A DNA stretch of 37,648 nt from Squatina squatina. Its lineage: Eukaryota. Under the pieces are notes generated by a model. The model was not told where the DNA came from and made no database searches. It was given only the letters and a program-made list of their open reading frames with translations. Positions 14,971-25,765 of this stretch are shown piece by piece. The position numbers were made by a program, and so were the translations under genes. Within the stretch, counting starts at the first letter, position 1. Each line of letters starts with the position of its first letter. Where the stretch lies: the NCBI GenBank assembly GCA_031763465.1, contig JARFOE010000001.1:5228642-5266289 (forward strand). Reading direction: 5' to 3'.

Positions 14971-15214
14971 TTATCCAGTAAGGAATGTGGGGGGCGGGGC
15001 GGGACATTGCCACATGAAATTTAAAGACCAATTTAATTAAAAATAAGCCATTTCAGGATTATTCAAATATTTGTTCTGCTTACTTTTATCAACTTGTGAA
15101 ATTTGAGGTGTGGAGGGATCTGTTAAATAATAGCACTTTGGCAAAACATACTAATGTCTAAAATTTTCCTGTAGTTTTGTGAAACATGCCAGAAATTAAA
15201 AGGTTACAGTTATG

Positions 15215-15341
15215 ACTGACAATCGCAAGGAGGGCTGTAAAAATCTTCAAGACAGGGAGGTTAGCAGAGAGACAGGTAGCATCTGCAATTTAGTATGGAG
15301 CAGTGTGAAATGATGCATTTTAGAACAAAATACAAGGAATG
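15215..15341 (+). mobile_element. Highly degenerate CR1 ORF2 fragment
   Basis: Translates to ...LQFSMEQCEMMHFRTKYKE, a decayed version of WQMxFNxxKCEVMHFGxKN. Confidence 0.6.
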
Positions 15342-15441
15342 NNNNNNNNNNNNNNNNNNNNNNNNNNNNNNNNNNNNNNNNNNNNNNNNNNNNNNNNNNN
15401 NNNNNNNNNNNNNNNNNNNNNNNNNNNNNNNNNNNNNNNNN

Positions 15442-15735
15442 GAAGGGATCGGCTTATTTGGAATGCCAAGTAGGGAGGAGAGAAGATGTCATATTTGGTC
15501 GTGAACTCACATTGGAAGTAATGGAAATAGCAGAAGATGATCTGTCAAGTGAGGAAGCTGGCGGGATGGAAGATGAGGTTCTGAGAGGATGGAGAAGGGG
15601 TGAAGCCAGAAATATGGAAAATAGGATGGACTTGGCTACGAATCCTATAAACGATGGTGGAAAGGAATCCTCAGCTGAGAAAAAAGATAGACATTTTGGA
15701 AGCTGTGGTGTGGAAGATTCCAGCATCAGTTTATT
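15442..15735 (-). mobile_element. Older degenerate Penelope-like element fragment (RT-to-endonuclease linker)
   Basis: Minus-strand reading of the type MSIFFLS*GFLSTIVYRIRSQVHPIFHISGFTPSPSSQN...FHPAS aligns with MSSFFVNRGFPSTVVEMAHDHVRSISHISALTPSPPSQN...FHPIS of the element at 18777-21195. Confidence 0.75.
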
Positions 15736-16589
15736 TCTGGCACATGACTAACCACAGGCTTTGAGTAACAACAGTTCACAGTCTTTCTGAAGTTGGAATT
15801 TATTCAAAACATTTTGAGAGTGTAACTGGATATCATTCTGAACGTAGGATCAGAAGTTATTGCGGCTGATATTTACAAACTCTAGTGTCCTGGAACAACA
15901 AACTGCAGTAAACAATGCAACACTGGGGACTAAAATCAAACCAGATGCTCCATCTATCAATATGTAAGATCATCCTCCAGACACTGAAACTCCAGAAAAA
16001 TGGCATCACATCCAGTATAATCTGTGCACAATGTTCCATGCTGCGCTGCAAATGGATCAATAAAATTTTATGGACTAGATACATCTCATTAAAATATATA
16101 TAGAATTTTATTTAGCTATCCTGTGTACGCTAAAATTTACCAAACAAATAACATTTATGATGGTCATAAATATCTTTTAAAGGACTTTCTTACACATAAT
16201 ATGCTGCTGATAGGACTGATTTTAACTGTTGGTGATGGTGGGAAATGGACAATAGTCGATCAGCCGCCTGCCGTAGACTCTGCTCGATTTTACTTTGCAA
16301 TAACATCAAGTGCTTCTTAGCACAGAGAAAAGTTCTATTGGGACATTTAACTTCTTTGTTAACCGCTTCCTCAACATAATTAGGACGCTATGACAATGGC
16401 AGGGCCTGGTCTGGCCCATTTGCATCTCCGTGGGAAATCAGATTCAAATTAACCAATAATTTGAATTAAGAGGCTCAAAGTAAGCAACANNNNNNNNNNN
16501 NNNNNNNNNNNNNNNNNNNNNNNNNNNNNNNNNNNNNNNNNNNNNNNNNNNNNNNNNNNNNNNNNNNNNNNNNNNNNNNNNNNNNNNNN

Positions 16590-17720
16590 TTCCGATCGCA
16601 GATAACCTTTGGATTATGGAGGGGTGCTCGGAGGGCTACGTGAGTGAAATCGATTGCACCCTGCACCTTGGGGAACCCGGCCATATCGGCAAAGCCAAAA
16701 GCTCGCTCTTGCTGATCCTGGCGGGTGTAAGGGTATGAGATGTACTGCCTTTCCTTCTGTAAAGAGTCTTGGTGACCTACCTAATGGAGCAATGCACAGC
16801 GTAATGGGATGTGTTTGTGATGTCACCGGTAGCACCTTGAAATGAGCAATTTGCTATTGTCACTTTCACTACCACAGAAAGAGCTTTGGAAGCCCTGCTC
16901 TGAGGCTGCAGGTCAGCCAGAAGGACTTGGCTTAGTCCTGTGATAATGTCTTTCCTAAAACGCAGTCTTCGGAGGCATTGTTCCTCTGTCCTTTGCAGAT
17001 AGCTATACTGCTGTCGGAACACTTGGTGAGCATTTCTTCTTCGATGTCCCCTTCCTCGCCAACCTCTCGGAGGATGCTCTGTCTGTCTGGCCTGTGCCAC
17101 CACTGGTTCAGCTGGCTCTGGCAACTCCACTGGTTGTTCGCATGGGCATGATGAGGTCCTGATGCTACATCCTCCCTCGGCTCATTTTGGATGGTCCTCA
17201 TCTCCCTCTACTGCAAACTGCCTGAGGCGAATCACATGATGTCGGGAGAGTTCCAAATCCACCTCTAAGGCAGTACCAATTTTGGAATTCTAAACTTCTC
17301 CTGAACAATGTAATGCTCATCAAAATGTGATGATCAATGTGGGAATAAAGCTCCCGACTTGCAAGCAGGGCCTCCACTCATAATGGACTGTCAGCAGTGG
17401 AATTTTTTGCAAGCAACATGGCGTACCCTTCTATCTCTTTAAATAGCACCGTGATTAACAAGATGGTATGTGTCACCGCCCGAAAAACAGGCACCGCTGA
17501 CATTTTAAGTTTGCAGCACAATGAATTTCTGACATGGCAGCCATTTTGGGCAGTGCGCAAGCTGATGACATCATGGATGCCTGCCGCCGCTGGATACCAT
17601 GCCCGCGGTGTTCACCAGCAAGTGCCCATTTGATGCTCGTGCAATTCTTCAGCGGAGGATATTACCGCCAGAAATGCATGTAAGTCCACTTACACCCGTT
17701 CTGCACTTGCGCTGGAGAAT
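16590..17720 (-). mobile_element. PIF/Harbinger DNA transposon remnant: N-terminal half of a HARBI1-like DDE transposase (about 17200 to 16590) plus terminal region
   Basis: Contains EEQCLRRLRFRKD, ALSVVVKVTIA, SFQGATGDI and AGFPKVQGAIDFTHVALRAP (first catalytic Asp motif GAIDCTH). Has a stop and a frameshift, and is cut by a gap. Confidence 0.9.
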
Positions 17721-18776
17721 CCTTAATGCTTGTGCATTGGAGACTCTAAGAACACAATTTATTCACAGCAGTATGCAACTATGTTTTTACAATATTCAGA
17801 GATTGTACAGAGGGGAAAATGCACTTTAAGCTTACCAGTTATGTGGTACTCCAGAGATGGGTTTCTTCCATTGTTTTGCACTCAAGCCACATGAATCTTA
17901 TGTTTGGTGGGATTGAGCCACCACAATATGCTCTGAATGTGTGAACTTTGTTGAAGTGCCTCTTGCCACCATTTTCATTTTGCACATCTAGGGCATTTGA
18001 TAAACTTTGATTATTTTAATCATTTTCTTCCCAATTGCAATCCATTATCAAGATCACATAGGTTGTACTGTATGTGTTCTAAAGAATATTTCCATGAATT
18101 GAGCTGTTAAACTGAAAGAAATCATTCATGTTTTCTGAATAAAATAATGTTCTCTACGTGTACTTATGCTGCCGTGAAGTGTGTAATTGCAGTCCAAACC
18201 CCAAGTCAAGACCTGGTCAGACTCTGAATTGAATTGGGACAAGAATCCTTTGAGGAGGGAGTCTCATTCTGCTTCATTCCGGACTCATATTGGGCTTTCA
18301 CTCTGCATTTATATTTTGCAAGTTTAATGTCACTGCCCACTGGAAATTACTTTGCAAAGACACTACACTTGTGAATGTACCCTCTGTTTCCTTTTTGACT
18401 CTTATTTACCGCCTTTGCAGCGTATTATTATATCCATTCATTTGCAGAACTAACGTTTGTTACTTATATTAGCATATGTAAAGATTTGAATAATGTTAAC
18501 TAACTTCTGATTGGATGTCTCATTTCACTGCTGGCAGTAAGTTAAAGTGCTATTTATCAGAAATTGAAGTATTCTCGTCAGTAAATGAAGATATTTATCC
18601 CACAATAACAGTATAAAGAGCCTCAATGCCCACAACTCAGAAAATCACCCCCATGGATTTTCTGTTAGTTTAGTTTNNNNNNNNNNNNNNNNNNNNNNNN
18701 NNNNNNNNNNNNNNNNNNNNNNNNNNNNNNNNNNNNNNNNNNNNNNNNNNNNNNNNNNNNNNNNNNNNNNNNNNNN

Positions 18777-21195
18777 ACAGGCGACTGGAATTTCGGGATC
18801 ACGCTTATGGACTGAATGGAGGTGTTCTGCAAAGCGGTCACCCAATCTACATTTGGTCTCTCCTATTTAGAGGAGACCACGTCGTGAGCAGCGTCTACAG
18901 TATACTAAATTGAAAGAATTACAATTAAATCGCTGTCTCACCTGGAAGGAATAGTTGGGGCCCTGGAGAGTGGGGAGGAAGGAGGTAAAAGGGCTTGCAC
19001 AGGAAGATGCCGTGGTAAGCGGAGGGGGTACTGGGGGTGATGGAGGTGTGGACCAGGATGTTGTGGAGTGAGCCGTCCCTTCGGAATGCTGAAAGTGGAG
19101 TGGAGGGAAAAATGATTTTGGTGGTGGGAGCGCGCTGCAGGTGGCGAGAATGGTGCTGGATGATCCGTTGAATGCGGAGGCTGATGGGATGAAAGGTGAG
19201 GAAAAGGGGAACAATATCATGGTTCTGGGAGGGTGGAGAAGGGGTGAGGGCAGAGATGTGGGAAATGGACCGGACATGGTCGTGGGCCATCTCCACCACG
19301 GTAGAGGGGAATCCTCGGTTGACAAAAAAGGAAGACATGTCGGAAGCGCTGTTTTGGAAGGAGGCATCGTCAGAACAGATGCGACGGAGATGGAAGAACT
19401 GGGAGAATGGAATGGTGTCTTTACAGGAAGTGGGGTGGGAGGAAGTGTACTCGACGTAGCTGTGGGAGTCAGTGGGCCTGTAATAGATGTTAGTGAGGAG
19501 TCTATCCCCAGAAATGGAGAGAGATAAGTCGAGGAATGGACGAGAGCTTTCAGAGATGGACCATGTGAAGGTGAGGGAAGTGTGGAAACTGGAGGCAAAG
19601 TGAATGAAATTTTCTAATTCAGGAAGGGAGCAGGAAACGGCACCGATAAAGTCATCAATGTACCCGAAAAAGAGGTTGTGGAGGGGGCCTGAGTAGGACT
19701 GGAACATGGAATGTTCCACATATCCCACGAAAAGGCAGACATAGCTCGGACCCATGCGGGTGCCCACAGTAACACCTTTAATTTGGAGGAAGTGAGTGTA
19801 GACAAAGGAAAAGTTGTGCAATGTGAGAAAAAGTTCAGCCAGGCGGAAGAGGGTGGTGGTGGATGGGCACAAGTTTGGTCTCTGTTCAAGGAAGAAGCAG
19901 AGCGCCCTCAGGCCGACCTGGTGGGGAATGGAGGTGTGGAGGGATTGAACGTCCATGGTGAAGAGCAGAAGGTTGGGACCAGGAAATTGGAAACTGTTAA
20001 AGTGGAGGAGGGCAACGGAGGAGTCACGGATGCAGGTGGGAAGAGACTGGACAAGGGGAGAAAAATAGAGTCGAGACAGGAGGAAACCAGTTCAGTGGGG
20101 CAAGAACAGTCTGAAACGATGTGTCTACCAGGGCATTCCTGTTTGTGGATCTTGGGAAGGAGCTGGAAGTGGGCAGTGCGAGTTTAGGGAAGTATGAGTT
20201 TGGCAGCAATGCAGGGAAGATCTCCAGCGGAGGTGAGGTCAGCGATGGTCTGGGAGATGATGGCGTGATGTTCAGTAGTGTGGTCATGGTCCAGGGGGAA
20301 TAGAAAGAGTTGTCAGTGAGTTGGCATTTGGCCTCCACAACGTAGAGATTGGTGCGCCAATCTAAAACAGCACTACACTTGTCAGCAGGTGTTATGACAA
20401 TGTTGGGGTTGGATCTGAGAGACCGGAGCACTGTAATTTCAGAGGATGGTAGGTACATTGGGTGAGGGAGCAGAGAAATTAAGACGGCTGATGTCAAGTC
20501 GGCAGTTAGCAATGAAAATATCTACAGAGGGCAAGAGGCCAGAAGGAGGGGTCCAGTTGGAGGGAGAATTCTGAAAACGGGAGAAATGGTCAGCTGTGCG
20601 GGGGGAAGATTCCAGAATCAGAGAGGGGAAGGTCAGTTGGGATAGGGAAAACACGCCAGGGGGTCAGATTGGAAGAAGAGATGGGATCAGGAGAAAGTGG
20701 AAGGGAAGAGCGTTCCGGATGGGCATTGGCATCTAAACTTTTCTGCAGCTTGCGATCCTTGACAACTGAAAGGAAAGAAAAACGTTTATTATTAAAGCGT
20801 CGGATTAGGCAAAGGATGAAATAGAATTGCGGACCAGGACAGCTTAGAAATAGGGTGAGTTGCTGCTGCTGAAGAGAGAGGTCGAGGGCTTGCGAGTGGC
20901 GACGCATGGGGTTCAACATGGATCTCAGTATGCGGCGAGAGCAGTGTTTCAAGGCGTGCTGGATATCTCGCAGATATCTGTAATACTGGGTGGATCCAAA
21001 ACATGAAGGGTGGAATTTCAGTTGGACTCCACGTGGATTATGTCGGAGCCGGAGGCAGTTGCTGAGAAAAGAGATGTGGCTGGGGAAGCGAGTGTTGGTA
21101 GATACCTGATTAAACACGAGAAGAGAAACAGAAAGCAATGAAGATGAACAAGGAAGAAGAGATAAAAGGAGAACCCGTCTGAGAGAGGGGCAGGC
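18777..21195 (-). mobile_element. Near full-length, frameshifted Penelope-like retroelement (N-terminal domain, RT, GIY-YIG endonuclease)
   Basis: N-terminal HISFLSNCLRLRHNPRG; DKG-like motif NIVITPADKCSAV; RT motifs MDVQSLHTSIPH, QIKGVTVGTRMGPSY, GYIDD and PFLDL; endonuclease FNCNSFNLVYCRRCSRRGL...GETKCRLGDRFAEHL. The 3' end is lost in a gap. Confidence 0.93.
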
Positions 21196-21269
21196 TGAGA
21201 ATGGACAGGAGCTAAATTGCAGTTGTTTCAGGGCTCCAACAGCTTATCCCATGTGAGTTTCATGCTCAA

Positions 21270-22541
21270 GTACCTCCAAATCCCTTTGTGATGCCGCTTT
21301 CTACAGTTTTTCTCCGTTTAAATAATACTGTGTTCTTTTGTTTTTCTTTCCAAAATGAACAATTCACATTTTCCTATATTATACTACATTTGCCAACTTT
21401 TTGCCTACTCACCTAACGGATCGATATCACTCAGTCAAATATTTGTATCCTCCTTGCAACTTGCCTTCCCACTCTTTTTATGTCATCTGCAAATTTAGCT
21501 ACAGTGCATGCACTTCCTTCCTCGAAGTCATTAATGTATATTGTAAACAGTTGTGGCCCCAGCACTGGTCCTTGTGGCATCCCACTGGTTACTGGTTGCC
21601 AATCAGAATATGACCCCTTATCCTTACTCTCTGTTTCCTGCCTGTTAGCCAATCCTCTACCCATGCCAATAAATTACCTCCACCAACATGGACATTTATC
21701 TTGCAGCTTAAGCCTTTGTGAGGTACCTTGTCGAATGCCTTCTGGAAATCCAAATACAATACATCGACTGTTTCCTCTCTATCCAATCTGGCTCAGACTT
21801 CCTCAAAATACTCCAATAAATTTGTCAGGCACGATTTCCCCTTCATGAACCCATGCTGTCTCTGCGTGATTAGATTGTGATTTTCCAAATGAGCTGCTAT
21901 TGCTTCTTAATAATTGATTCTAGCACTTTTCCAAAAATCGATGTTAAGCTAATTGGCCGATACTTACCGGCTTTTTGCCTACTTGCCATTTTGAATAGAG
22001 ATGTCACATTTGCAGTCTTCCAATCCTCCGGTACTTCGCCAAAATCTAATGATTTTTGGAAGATTAACACCAGTGCATCCACTATCTCTGTCGCTACCTC
22101 TTTCAGGCTCCTCGCATGCAAGCCATCCGGTCCAGGGGACTTGTCAGCCTTTAGCCCTTTTAGTTTGTCTAATCCTATTTCCCTAATGATGTGGATAGTA
22201 TTTACTTCTCCCTCTGTATTATTTAATATTAGTGGGATTTTTGTAGTACCTTCTTCCATAAAAACTGATGCAACGTAACTGTTTAACTCCTCAGCAATTT
22301 CTTTGTTCCCCATAACTACTTCCCCAGCCTCATTCTCTACAGGGCCAATATTCACTTTGACCTCCCTCTTCCTTTTTATGTACTTGCAGAAGCTCTTGTT
22401 ATTAATTTTTATCTTCCTCGCTGGTTTGCCCTCATAGTTTACTTTTGCTCTCCTTATCTTTTTAGACTTACTTTGCTGGACTTTGTATTTATCCCAGTCT
22501 TTGGCTCTCCCACTAACCTTTGCCTGCTTATACGCTTTCTC
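21270..22541 (-). mobile_element. CR1 LINE ORF2 (RT domain), degenerate
   Basis: [65 protein letters not shown] and KFADD occur across several frames. Confidence 0.95.
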
Positions 22542-22661
22542 TGAGAAAGCGTATAAGCAGGNNNNNNNNNNNNNNNNNNNNNNNNNNNNNNNNNNNNNNN
22601 NNNNNNNNNNNNNNNNNNNNNNNNNNNNNNNNNNNNNNNNNNNNNNNNNNNNNNNNNNNNN

Positions 22662-22790
22662 CATAGAAAATAGACCCTTCGAGCCTGCTCCGCCATTCAA
22701 TACGACCATGGCTGATCCTCTATCTCAGCACCATATTCCCGCTTTCTCCCCATATCCCTTGATGTCTTGAGTGCCTAAAAATCTATCCAT
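22662..22790 (-). mobile_element. CR1 LINE 3' terminal fragment
   Basis: Reverse complement reads ...atcagccatggtcgtattgaatggcggagcaggctcgaagggtc, a typical CR1 3' end. A similar copy lies at 36155-36305. Confidence 0.8.
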
Positions 22791-22809
22791 AACTTTTTTT
22801 TGTACTATG

Positions 22810-23115
22810 GCCCTATTTGCTTCTCATCCTTGTTTTCTCTGCCTTCCACTTTTCCTGTCTCTTTTTCTGTCTTTCATTTCTATCCTTGTTTCCCACTTCT
22901 CTGTCTCCCTGCTCAGGTCCCCATCCCCCTGCCATTCTAGGTTAAACCCTCCCGACCGCACTTGCAAACATCCCCCCGAGGATATAGGTCCCGGTCCTGC
23001 CTGAGTGTAACCTGTCCAGATTGCACAGGTCCCACTTCCCCAGAACCGGTCCCAATGTCTCAGGACTCTAAATTCCTCCCCCCTGCACCATTTCTCCAGC
23101 CATGCATTCATCTGA
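22810..23115 (-). mobile_element. CR1 LINE ORF1 fragment (SGNH/GDSL esterase C-terminus)
   Basis: MNAWLEKWCRGEEFRVLRHWDRFWG, then after a frameshift WDLCNLDRLHSGRTG (DGLHL-like motif). Confidence 0.85.
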
Positions 23116-23139
23116 TCTCCCTACTACTGATACTTCCCT

Positions 23140-23728
23140 ATACAGGAGGGTTATACCCAGTAACACACGGTGTGTTATTATATAATATATACAGAAGCGT
23201 TAGACCCAGTAACACATGGTGGGTTATTGTATAATATATACAGGTATGTTATAGCCAGTAACACACGGTGTGTTATTATATAATATATACAGGTATGTTA
23301 TAGCCAGTGACACACGGTGTGTTATTATATAATATATACAGAAGCGTTATACCCAGTATCGCACGGTGTGTTATTATTTAATATACACAGGAGCGTTATA
23401 CCCAGTAACGCACGGTATGGTATTATATAATTTATACAGGAGCGTTATACCCAGTAACACACGGTGTGTTATTATACAATATACACAGTAGTCTTATTCT
23501 CAGTAACATATGGTGTGATATTATATAATATATACAGAGCGTTATACCCAGTAACACACGGTGTGTTATTATATAGTATATACAGGAGCGTTATAACCAG
23601 TAACAGAAGGTGTGTTATGATATAATATATACAGGAGCGTTATACCCAGTGACGCACGGTGTGTTATTATATAATATATACAGGAGCGTTATACCCAGTA
23701 ACGCACGGTGTGTTATTATATAATATAT
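23140..23728. repeat. Minisatellite, 49-bp unit, about 12 visible copies, running into a gap
   Basis: Consensus tacaggagcgttatacccagtaacrcacggtgtgttattatataatata. Copies are head-to-tail with no unique spacers. Confidence 0.97.
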
Positions 23729-23949
23729 NNNNNNNNNNNNNNNNNNNNNNNNNNNNNNNNNNNNNNNNNNNNNNNNNNNNNNNNNNNNNNNNNNNNNNNN
23801 NNNNNNNNNNNNNNNNNNNNNNNNNNNNGGCTTTAACGCCCATTTTATGCCTGTTTCGCGCCAGCGCAGACCCTCCAATTGGGACCCCATAGTTGTTTTA
23901 TGAAAGCATGAGCTAGGTGGGTAAAATAGCCTCCCTCACCTGTACTTAC

Positions 23950-23958
23950 CTTTGTGAT
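23950..23958 (-). other. Candidate 9-nt microexon (ATCACAAAG) on the FSTL5 strand
   Basis: Minus strand reads atctgtttcttttccag|ATCACAAAG|gtaagt, a strong acceptor and consensus donor 9 nt apart. No transcript evidence. Confidence 0.3.
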
Positions 23959-24600
23959 CTGGAAAAGAAACAGATAATCCTAACTTATATTGGGGCAGCC
24001 CTTGGAGGGTTAAATGTTTGTGTTTGTACAAACTTCATTTTCCAATTACTGCAGATCAAGCACGATAAAGAATTCACAAAGAGTCACCATCTGTGACAAT
24101 ATCAGGTGACAAAAGAGAGAAAAGTGAGCGGATCTCACATATCAGCTGAAGCTGTTAAGAATCAAACAGNNNNNNNNNNCGTGAAAAATCACAGGCACTG
24201 CCACAGGAGCAGGTACCATCAAATACCTCACTTCTGTCATCACTGTTTGCAGCAGCTGCTGGTTTACTCCACCCATCCCGTCCCAGGAGATTAATTGTGA
24301 CCTTTTGTGGGATGATTGAGCTAATTAGAAAAACATAATCGAACGCTTGTTGTGTTAGTTAATTTTAGATGATGCTACAAGCAACATTTACACAGTCAAT
24401 TTTCTGTGCCTGTTTCGCAGACAGCATTTTGTAAAGGTTCGAGAAGAAATGGAACAGAAGGCTAGGGCTTATCCTCCTCAGAGGTACGATAATTAACAAA
24501 CATTACAGCAGCCTGGAAATAAGGCGCCACAAAAATAAAACAATAATCTCATGCTGAATTTTTAATATGTGCTTTAAAATAATAATTTGTTTTAAATTAT

Positions 24601-25462
24601 TGGGGTCCCAATTGGTTAGTGTCACATTAACAGTATTAGTTGCTGAAAAAAGGATTTGTTAGTGCCGGTTTCAGGGTCCTGCATAATAATGAGGCATTGG
24701 TCTCTGAGAGACAAAATTCAGTGGTGGCGCTAATGGGGCTTAATGAGAGCGCGAATCAGCTCAGCTGTGGCTCTAACAGGGAGAAGCAGTCTGAACTGGG
24801 CCAGTTCCACGAGCTTTGTATTTGGTGCTAATCATTTTCCAGGCCACTCTAGCCCTCAAAAGGAAATGTGCAGCCTCACTTTATCTGCTGTGTGTGGTGT
24901 CTCAAAGGTGCATGATGGCTGCTGCCGCTCCAAAACAGAGGTCGCGGCATTTCACTGACCAAGCATTAAAGACTCTGGTGGCATTGGTGGAGGCTCAGGG
25001 GGCACGGCTCTTCATGCCAATGGGTCAAAGGATGGTACCCTAGATGGCAAGGGCACAGTGGGCTGAGATTGCCCGGGAGGTGTTAGCCATCGATGTTGTC
25101 ACCAGGTCTCCCTCGCAATGCCATAAAAAATTAAATGACTTAATTCGAGCAGTCAAAGCAAGTAGGCCTTGGTGCTGAGCCTTCCTATCCGCTTCTCTCT
25201 GAGAAATCTATGTAATGCCCCAGCGAGGCCACAATGGCTCAATTTGCGTCTGCAAGTGCTTGGGCTACTTTTAGTCTGCCTTTGCCATATTCAACACTAT
25301 GTAGGCCAAGCCACGCATTGCTGCATCCTATGTCAGGTATGCTTCTCATACATCTTCTGTCTTCTTCCGCAGTGCAAAGTGGCCCATAAACGCATGGAGC
25401 AGCAGTGGAATGGAGGAAGCGACCCTGTTCTCACCCCCCTGTCATACCTGGACGACAGATTG
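24601..25462 (+). mobile_element. PIF/Harbinger transposon end with spliced Myb/SANT-like DNA-binding gene remnant (exon 1 24912-25157, exon 2 from 25373 into the gap)
   Basis: Reads MAAAAPKQRSRHFTDQALKTLVALVEAQGARLF...*MARAQWAEIAREVLAIDVVTRSPSQCHKKLNDLIRAVK | CKVAHKRMEQQWNGGSDPVLTPLSYLDDRL. In-frame TAG at 25041. Intron gcaagt...cttccgcag. Terminus tggggtcccaattgg. Confidence 0.85.
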
Positions 25463-25584
25463 NNNNNNNNNNNNNNNNNNNNNNNNNNNNNNNNNNNNNN
25501 NNNNNNNNNNNNNNNNNNNNNNNNNNNNNNNNNNNNNNNNNNNNNNNNNNNNNNNNNNNNNNATGGGGGGGGGGGGGGGGGGGT

Positions 25585-25765
25585 TGGGCAATTATTCTTC
25601 CGCAGTGGCACATGAGCGATAGCGAATCAGCAAATAGTTCTGCACCCAGTCCGATTTTCTTTTCCATTGACTTCAGTGGAAAAGAAAATTGGGTGGGATG
25701 CAAAATGGGCTGCTGATTCGCTATCGGTCATCTCGTGCCAGTGCCAAAGACTAACTTCACTCACA
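25585..25765. mobile_element. Palindromic MITE
   Basis: Arms tggcac/gtgcca, gatagcgaatcagca/tgctgattcgctatc and attttcttttcca/tggaaaagaaaat surround a central ttgacttcag. Confidence 0.8.

Noticed and set aside
18541-18600. CTGACGA on the minus strand as a possible hammerhead core near the Penelope element
   Set aside because: No stem II followed by GAAA, no supporting helices, and it is on a different contig.
18867-20303. Long overlapping and antisense ORFs (243, 128 and 158 aa)
   Set aside because: Alternative frames of the Penelope RT region, caused by its compositional bias.
23140-23728. Regular repeats resembling a CRISPR array
   Set aside because: Units are contiguous with no unique spacers, there are no cas genes, and the context is vertebrate.
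25565-25583. Poly-G run (also G/C-rich runs at 1-38 and 6096-6119) as G-quadruplex elements
   Set aside because: They sit at contig or window edges, where homopolymers break assemblies and poly-G can be a sequencing artefact.
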